Source: TPA_inf: Saccharomyces (Eukaryota). From it: a stretch of 64,000 nucleotides of DNA. This document shows positions 57,248-64,000 of the stretch, one piece after another. The position numbers and the translations under genes are program-made. The first letter of the stretch is position 1. Every line of letters starts with the position of its first letter. Below the pieces are notes generated by a model. That model had not been told where the DNA came from, ran no database searches, and saw nothing but the letters and a program-made list of their open reading frames with translations. Location: NCBI GenBank assembly GCA_000146045.2, contig BK006935.2, forward strand, positions 160,001 through 224,000. Reading direction: 5' to 3'.

Positions 57248-57612
57248 TTTCGGCTCCTTCTTGTTCTGGAAAGGATCTTCAAATCCGCTTCCACGTAGCA
57301 GTCCTCGCTACGACTTCTTCTGAAGTATTTTGATTTTTGGCTGCATTTACCTTTTATTGCCGAAAATCTTATTTTCCAAGAAAAAAGCTTATTTTGCATT
57401 AAGTTTAAAAAATTTCTTCTTTCCCGTAGATTGACTTGCAGCGTCAAAATTCCGGAGGCCTCACGAGATTTTTTGACATCGGTTTTTGACATCTCTTTTT
57501 CCTTCCTTTTTCTTTCTTTTCCTGCGCACGCCGATAAAGAAGTAGTACAACAGACAACGTCAAAATGATCCTCTTGTGATGAAGCAAAAGAGGAAGAGTA
57601 TACTCCTTTTCC
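57248..57612 (+). repeat. Copy C (longest) of the ~350-bp dispersed repeat, about 500 bp upstream of the FLO-like pseudogene; the dubious ORF YAR060C lies on the opposite strand
   Basis: See copies A and B. The minus-strand ORFs at 50987-51178 and 57157-57651 share …LQVNLRE(K/R)(E/R)NFL…LM.NK.F… only because of this underlying nucleotide repeat. Confidence 0.6.
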
Positions 57613-58139
57613 GCTTGTACAAATATTTTTTTTGATAATAAAATTTGGCACTTCAGAGCTTATCGTATCTTCTCCCGGAGTTCCTCAAGACTTATACTTC
57701 AGCCCGTTTAGGAATGCATAAAAGCAAATAGGATTCGTTACAACTGCTGCAGGACTCTTTAGGACTGCATCAAGGTAAGCCTCGCTGCACCTAAACGCAA
57801 AATGTGGTTGTAACCTTTTTAATTTTTTTCTTGAACTTGTTGAGTCGTAATAAATCGTTTCTGGGAAGTGGAAGGTAATAATGTAATGGAATCGGCGTTA
57901 CTCGCATGTGCAGATATCAGCGACAAAAAGTGTTGTAGGGACGTTTCGATACCAAAATTTCCTAAATACAGCGCAGGAACATCACTACGCTAAACAAATC
58001 GTAGCGCATACATCTGATCGAAAAAAGACAGTTCCCAAAACAATGACATATGAAGAGACCAGCATCAAAATTTTCATCATTAACAGCATGGCTAAAAGTT
58101 ATTGTTTAATATACCCATACCTGATTGACGAACCAAGAA

Positions 58140-59385
58140 ATGCCTTATCACTATTTATTTTTGGCACTCTTCACCTACCTGGCCACGTCCAATGTTGTTT
58201 CAGGAAGTACACAAGCATGCCTGCCAGTGGGCCCGAGGAAAAATGGGATGAATGTCAACTTTTATAAATACTCATTACTGGATTCAACAACGTATTCCTA
58301 CCCGCAATATATGACTTCTGGATATGCCTCGAATTGGAATTAGGTTCCGTTGGCGGACAGACGGATTTCTCAATTGACTACGATCTTTCTTGTGTTATCT
58401 CTTCAGGAACTTTTAAATGTGCTCAATCAGATGCTTATGGAAACTGGGGATGCAGAGGTCATAGTGAATGTTCAAAATAGCCAAGAAAGACCTATTGGAG
58501 TACTGATTTACTTGGTTTCTTACTATCCCAAAAAACGCTACTCTAGAAATGACAGGTTACTTTTTACCACCACAAACAAGTTCTTACACGTTCAGGTTTG
58601 CTAAGGTCGATGACTCTGCAATTCTATCAGTCGGTGGTAACGTTGCGTTCGAATGTTGTGCACAAGAACAACCTCCAATTACATCGACGGATTTTACAAT
58701 CAATGGTATTAAGCCATGGCAAGGAAGTTTGCCTGATAACATCGGAGGGACTGTCTACATGTATGCAGGCTACTATTATCCGCTGAAGGTTGTTTACTCC
58801 AATGCCGTTTCCTGGGGCACGCTTCCAATTAGCGTGGAATTGCCTGATGGTACTACTGTTAGTGATGACTTTGAAGGGTACGTTTACTCTTTTGACGATG
58901 ATTTAAGTCAGTCAAATTGTACTATCCCTGATCCTTCAAAACATACTACTAGCATCGTCACAACTACTACCGAACTGTGGACTGGTACTTTTACTTCTAC
59001 ATCTACTGAAATGACCACCGTCACCGGTACTAATGGTCAACCAACTGACGAAACCGTTATTGTTGCCAAAGCTCCAACCACTGCCACCTCATCCAGTTTG
59101 TCATCATCTTCTTCAGAACAAATCACCAGCTCTATCACGTCTTAGCATCCAATTATTACTCCATTCTATCGCAGCAATGGAACTTCTGTAGTTTCTTCCT
59201 CAGTCATGTCTTCCTCGGTCATTTCTTCTTCTGCAACGACCTCCACTTCTATATTCTCTGAATCATCTAAATCATCCGTCATTCAAACCAGTAGTTCCAC
59301 CTCTGGTTCTTCTGAGAGCGAAACAATCTTAGTGATTGCTGGCATGTCATTAGCGACAAGACGCTTATTACCGTAGTAGCCCCCC
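58140..59385 (+). pseudogene. YAR061W/YAR062W: FLO1-like flocculin pseudogene: signal peptide and PA14 domain with internal stop and frameshift, a single repeat unit, and truncation; annotated as the fragments YAR061W (58140-58343) and YAR062W (58549-59145)
   Basis: MPYHYLFLALFTYLATSNVVSGSTQACLPVGPRKNGMNVNFYKYSLLDSTTYSYPQYMTSGYASNWN* parallels the FLO1 N-terminus. At 58344-58548 the sequence is still FLO1-like at DNA level (…[46 protein letters not shown]…) but carries a stop and a frameshift. YAR062W resumes with [30 protein letters not shown]…, runs through one [40 protein letters not shown] unit and ends at a TAG. FLO1-like Ser-rich sequence continues out of frame to about 59385. Confidence 0.85.
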
Positions 59386-60643
59386 AAGGCAAACATCTCT
59401 TTATCAGTAATATCCAAAGCTGTTCAACTTCTCGAATTGGCCCAGGAAAAGAGCATTGGGGCGGCAACTAACTCTGGCATACTTACAGTTTCTGCTCTTG
59501 ACAGCGCTAAAAAAGGGCTTGTTTTGTAATGCCCGGTTCGCAATTCTACAAGTACCACGCACTAGCTGCTAAAAGTGTCTAACCTTGCGAACAAATCTGG
59601 ACTTTCTTATGAGAATCCCATCGTCAAGAAACAAAATTATACAGACAGGCGTAAATGTAGCTCGTAAGCGCCTGATCAAGTAAGCCAAATGCGCTAACTT
59701 GAGGAAATATAGCCATCTAAATCTCTGCAACATGCCAATTCGCACGTGACTTGAAACTATGGAAAGTGTCTAGAAGATTACCAAGAACCACGTTATTTGA
59801 GAGAGGATGGCAAGGTGACGACAATCACACCAAGACCACATTTTGGGTGCGCCTGGAAGCAAGACCTGAGAAACTGGGCCAAAATATTCAAACCAAGCAT
59901 AAGATAGTTGGAGGTAGGAATACACTATCTAATCTGTGCTGATGAAATGCTGGCGAAAACGGGCGATGTAGTGGTACAGAAGGTGCCGGTTATCCGTTTG
60001 TCCGTTTTTCTTCATTTTTTTTTTGTTTTTCCCTTTTGTCTTTTGCACCGCTTATATATGGGTATGAAACAAGTTCAAGAATTTATAATGGAACCCAAAG
60101 GTTCAGTCTTTGTAGTTCGAGCGACATTGCGCGTTTCCTTAGAAAACGCTGGAAAGATATTCTTTAACGAGACGGAGTAATTCTCGTCAGGAATAGGATG
60201 TTGATTGATTTTTGCTGTAGTTATATAGCAGGGACCCACGGAAGAGAGCGAGCGCCTTCTTTCACAGGGACTTTTGTCAGCCACGTCTCCGGGGAAAACA
60301 ATTGCCGTCCGCGTCGCAGTGAGATTACGCAGCCGTGCGCTTCAGGGACAGAAAAGAAGCATTTCGCGGCTACGGAGAAACCGTGCACTAACTCTCTCGA
60401 GGGTAGCCGCAAAGATTTCTTGTCTCTTCCATTAGGACATAGCTATCTTTTTCTTTTCTGTTTTTGGCGTATGATCTGTTCTGAGCCAAAGTTATAGATC
60501 ATTGCTTGAATAAGCACCTCACAGAGTAGGGATTGTATAGAAAGTAGCTGAGCGTCTGCCCACGTAACAAACAATCTTGCCCCTTCCCCGCTCTTGTTTT
60601 CGCGTGCCTCTTCTACAATAATCTGGCCAGGCTGAATCGCGTT

Positions 60644-60686
60644 CTGCTGCTGCTGCTGCTATTGTTATTGTTGTTGTTGTTGTTTT
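60644..60686. repeat. Compound microsatellite (CTG)6-(ATTGTT)2-(GTT)5
   Basis: The sequence reads gttctgctgctgctgctgctattgttattgttgttgttgttgttttgg. Confidence 0.9.
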
Positions 60687-61048
60687 GGCCAATTGCTTAT
60701 GTGTTGGTCTGCAAATTAGCACCTCGTTCCCTGTTGGCAAACGCGCGCGTACAAGCCTTACAGGGCTTGAGAATGTTCTTCGTAGAAATGCATGCACAAA
60801 AATTCTGATCTAGCACACCATCGGTCTCTGTAGCTTCGGGCTCTATAGCTATGGGTTAGGAGTCCGTGAGTAGTAACAAGAAGAAGTATATAAAAAGCAG
60901 GTAAATCGTACTTCAATATGCTTCATTGTCACTGGATCGTCATATTCACTCTTGTTCTCATAATAGCAGTCCAAGTTTTCATCTTTGCAAGCTTTACTAT
61001 TTCTTTCTTTTTATTGGTAAACTCTCGCCCATTACAAAAAAAAAAGAG

Positions 61049-61660
61049 ATGTTCAATCGTTTTAACAAATTCCAAGCTGCTGTCGCTTTGGCCCTACTCT
61101 CTCGCGGCGCTCTCGGTGACTCTTACACCAATAGCACCTCCTCCGCAGACTTGAGTTCTATCACTTCCGTCTCGTCAGCTAGTGCAAGTGCCACCGCTTC
61201 CGACTCACTTTCTTCCAGTGACGGTACCGTTTATTTGCCATCCACAACAATTAGCGGTGATCTCACAGTTACTGGTAAAGTAATTGCAACCGAGGCCGTG
61301 GAAGTCGCTGCCGGTGGTAAGTTGACTTTACTTGACGGTGAAAAATACGTCTTCTCATCTGATCTAAAAGTTCACGGTGATTTGGTTGTCGAAAAGTCTG
61401 AAGCAAGCTACGAAGGTACCGCGTTCGACGTTTCTGGTGAGACTTTTGAAGTTTCCGGTAACTTCAGTGCTGAAGAAACTGGCGCTGTCTCCGCATCTAT
61501 CTATTCATTCACACCTAGCTCGTTCAAGAGCAGCGGTGACATTTCTTTGAGTTTGTCAAAGGCCAAGAAGGGTGAAGTCACCTTTTCTCCATACTCTAAC
61601 GCTGGTACCTTTTCTTTGTCAAATGCTATTCTCAACGGTGGTTCTGTTTCCGGTTTGTAA
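61049..61660 (+). CDS. YAR066W: N-terminal fragment, 203 aa with a signal peptide, of an HPF1/YIL169C-like GPI-anchored Ser/Thr-rich cell-wall mannoprotein, terminated by a single TAA
   Basis: MFNRFNKFQAAVALALLSRGALGDSYTNSTSSADLSSITSVSS… has a hydrophobic signal sequence and ends at the TAA at 61658-61660. Confidence 0.85.
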   Translation: MFNRFNKFQAAVALALLSRGALGDSYTNSTSSADLSSITSVSSASASATASDSLSSSDGTVYLPSTTISGDLTVTGKVIATEAVEVAAGGKLTLLDGEKYVFSSDLKVHGDLVVEKSEASYEGTAFDVSGETFEVSGNFSAEETGAVSASIYSFTPSSFKSSGDISLSLSKAKKGEVTFSPYSNAGTFSLSNAILNGGSVSGL

Positions 61661-62944
61661 CGTAGAGACGACGATGAAGGCTCTGTAAATAACGGTGAAA
61701 TCAACCTAGACAATGGAAGTACCTATGTTATCGTTGAACCAGTTTCTGGAAACGGTACAATCAACATCGTCTCTGGTAACCTATACTTGCACTACCCTGA
61801 CACCTTTACTGGCCAAACTGTTGTATTCAAGGGTGAAGGTGTTCTTGCCGTTGACCCAACCGAAACCAACGCCACTCCTATTCCTGTTGTTGGCTACACC
61901 GGTAAGAACCAAATTGCCATTACCGCCGACATCACTGCTCTTTCTTACGACGGTACTACTGGTGTCTTAACTGCAACCCAAGGTAACAGACAATTCTCTT
62001 TTGAAATTGGTACTGGATTCTCTAGTTCTGGCTTCAGTGTCTCCGAAGGAATCTTCGCAGGCGCCTACTCATATTACCTAAACTATGACGGTGTCATCGC
62101 TACAAGCGCCGCATCCACATCCGCATCCACTACCTCTGGTGTTGTCTCTACTGCCACTGGTTCAGTCACTTTATCCTCTAACGCTTCTACCACCGTCTCT
62201 TCTACGATCTCTTCTAGCGCCCCAGACTCAATAATTCCTTCATCTAGCGCCTCTATCTCTGGTGTCTCAAACTCCACTACAGCATCTGGTTCAATCGCTT
62301 CTACTGCTTCCACCGCTTCCACTACTTCTACTGCATCCGCTGCATCCGCCACCAGCTTCACCTCAGGTTCCGCTTCTGTCTACACTACTACATTAACTTA
62401 CTTGAATGCCACAAGTACAGTCGTGGTTTCCTGTTCAGAAACAACCGACGCTAGCGGTAACATTTACACCATTACCACAACTGTCCCATGCTCATCTACC
62501 ACTGCCACCATCACATCTTGTGACGAAAACGGATGCCATGTTCCAGCACCAACTGCTACCGACGCAACTGCAACCGTTTCCTCCAAGTCATACACCACTG
62601 TTACTGTTACTCACTGTGACAACAATGGCTGTAACACCAAGACTGTCACTTCTGAATGTTCTAAAGAAACTGCAGCAACCACCATTTCTCCAAAATCATA
62701 CACTACTGTTACCGTTACTCACTGTGACGACAACGGCTGTAACACCAAGACTGTCACTTCCGAGGCTTCCAAACAAACATCATTGGCCACTAGCACAGTC
62801 ACCAAGTCTGCTGCTCCAACTTCTCATACTGCTGCTTCCAGCACCTTCACTGGTATTGTCGTTCAATCCGAAGGTATGGCTGCTGGTTTGAGAACCAATG
62901 CTTTAAGTACTTTGGCAGGTATTTTCATCCTTGCTTTTTTTTAA
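61661..62944 (+). pseudogene. In-frame continuation of the YAR066W gene: about 428 further codons of Ser/Thr-rich, Cys-repeat mannoprotein ending in a GPI-anchor signal, separated from YAR066W only by the single stop codon. The annotated YAR068W (62406-62891, 161 aa) lies in a different frame inside it
   Basis: Both 61049 and 61787 are at position 2 mod 3, so they share a frame. The codons at 61661-61786 (cgt aga gac gac gat gaa ggc tct gta aat aac ggt gaa atc aac cta gac aat gga agt acc tat gtt atc gtt gaa cca gtt tct gga aac ggt aca atc aac atc gtc tct ggt aac cta tac ttg) contain no stop. The downstream frame has three TVTHCD(N/D)[11 protein letters not shown] repeats, a Ser/Thr-rich body and a C-terminal hydrophobic tail (ALSTLAGIFILAFF*), all typical of GPI cell-wall proteins. 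Confidence 0.75.
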
Positions 62945-63125
62945 AATGAGTGCGTAACCGTACTTTCCTAAAAATAACTAAGTAGAAAGTATTTTAATAT
63001 ATAAACGTCAGTGTAAACATTCAAGTGATTTTAACTTTACGCGGTTGAAGAATGCTGTGTTCGAACTATAAAGCGTCAGAAAAGATGGTTTAGCGAAGGC
63101 ACCATTATGAAGATAGACACATTCT

Positions 63126-63127
<2 letters not shown>

Positions 63128-63163
<36 letters not shown>

Positions 63164-63173
63164 CATTTACTTT
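63128..63173. repeat. Uninterrupted poly(dT) homopolymer of 46 nt
   Basis: The sequence is attcttc + t(46) + catttac, by direct count. Confidence 0.95.
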
Positions 63174-64000
63174 TATTTCGCGCGGTCGGTAAATTTTTCG
63201 TGGGTTTCTTTGAATCTATTAGCCGACATAAGAATAATGCATAAATAATATTTTTAATGTCTTCCTATGCCCAAAAGAAGAAGTCTTGAAGTTGCCGCAC
63301 ATGGAAATCACATGACCATGGCTTGGCCCTTCGTTTTAAATGCAACATGCAATATGGAATGTGTCATGAATACTATCAGCAGGAACAGAAAGCGTCGTTT
63401 TGTTTCTGCAAATGCTGTAGTTTTGGGCCGAAAATAGATGTAGTAGAATATATAGTGAAACGTGATGTACAAAAGAAAAAGGTAGTTTAAAAAAAATTAG
63501 ATAACTTGGATTTTTACCCTGAATATTGCATGTGATTCGTAAAGAACTGAGTTACCTCAAACGGACCTCCCTTTTCATTTCGTATTCCGCGAATCATGAA
63601 GTCATGCAATTACCTCTGAAGAGCTGACTGTCCCAAAAGAAGCTATCGAATCTGTCCTTGATTTATTTAAGCCTTGCGTTTCGAGAAAGTGAAAACCAAT
63701 TGAATACAAAATAAAAAAAAAGAAGAAAGAAATAGCAGGTCTAAGATATATAAGAAAGTTAATATCATTTTTGAACATTTTATTTTAGACGCCTTCAGCC
63801 GCGCGACGCCCGGAGTAATCATATGCCCATGACTTTACCAAAAGGCAACAGGGAGGAACATGCATTAATGTGAAGCATCACTGCTGCAATTCTCGGTGTT
63901 GCTAATAATTCATGGATCGAGAAAGAGACATAACATTTAGGCCAATTTTTTGAATAAATATGAACTCAGCTAAGACTCGACAATACAATTTTCTTATACT

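Noticed and set aside
50987-57651. Apparently paralogous minus-strand ORFs (50987-51178 and 57157-57651, the latter being YAR060C) sharing …LQVNLRE.ENFL…
   Set aside because: The similarity is explained by the underlying ~350-bp nucleotide repeat (copies B and C). There is no codon-level conservation pattern or known domain. Treated as dubious.
60198-60497. A 99-aa plus-strand ORF (the YAR064W position).
   Set aside because: No recognisable domain or family similarity that I can see from sequence, and it lies in duplicated subtelomere-like DNA. Cannot support it as a gene.
62406-62891. The annotated-style 161-aa ORF (YAR068W) and the 92-aa minus ORF at 62083-62361.
   Set aside because: Both overlap, out of frame or antisense, a long frame that has clear HPF1-family protein features and a GPI signal. 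The overlapping frames are Pro/Leu/Gln-rich or acidic low-complexity translations of a Ser/Thr codon-rich region.
1-64000. CRISPR arrays, prokaryotic defence or secretion systems, operons, and rRNA genes.
   Set aside because: The sequence is yeast nuclear DNA with monocistronic genes, RNA polymerase III tRNAs and Ty LTRs. No direct-repeat and spacer architecture or rDNA is present, and the only tandem arrays are the FLO1 coding minisatellite and simple microsatellites.

Overview
This window is Saccharomyces cerevisiae nuclear DNA from the right arm of chromosome I. Exact protein matches to ADE1, KIN3, CDC15, YAT1, SWH1/OSH1 and FLO1 place it at about S288C chrI:160,001-224,000, so window coordinate is roughly chrI coordinate minus 160,000.

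Gene order, left to right:
- a full-length but dead Ty1 element (YARCTy1-1, with TYA/YAR010C and frameshifted TYB/YAR009C) next to an older delta fragment
- tRNA-Ala(UGC)
- BUD14 (-), ADE1 (+), KIN3 (-), CDC15 (-)
- a nonsense-truncated seripauperin, PAU7 (-)
- a tRNA/Ty hotspot: tRNA-Leu(CAA, with intron), tRNA-Ser(AGA) with a Ty3 sigma LTR 17 bp upstream, and a solo delta
- a tandem DUP240 family array: YAR023C (-), then UIP3, YAR028W, the YAR029W relic, PRM9 and MST28 (all +), then a further decayed copy interrupted by a solo delta
- the strongly GC-rich YAT1 gene
- SWH1/OSH1
- a 7 kb ORF-poor interval holding a decayed copy of the SWH1 3' end
- FLO1 with its 18 x 135-bp tandem repeat array
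- a 9 kb gene-poor interval
- FLO-like pseudogene fragments (YAR061W/YAR062W)
- an HPF1-like GPI-mannoprotein gene split by one in-frame stop (YAR066W plus an unannotated continuation, overlapped out of frame by YAR068W)
- a 46-nt poly(dT) tract

No CRISPR arrays or prokaryotic-type systems are present. I see no evidence of a novel functional system. This is a well-studied yeast region whose interesting content is transposon history, gene-family birth and death, and pseudogenes.

The items most worth a second look:
- the YAT1 GC island
- the fragment of the SWH1/OSH gene's 3' end
- a ~350-bp dispersed repeat present three times near FLO-family genes
- the single-stop-split HPF1-like gene
- DUP240 relics broken by a Ty LTR
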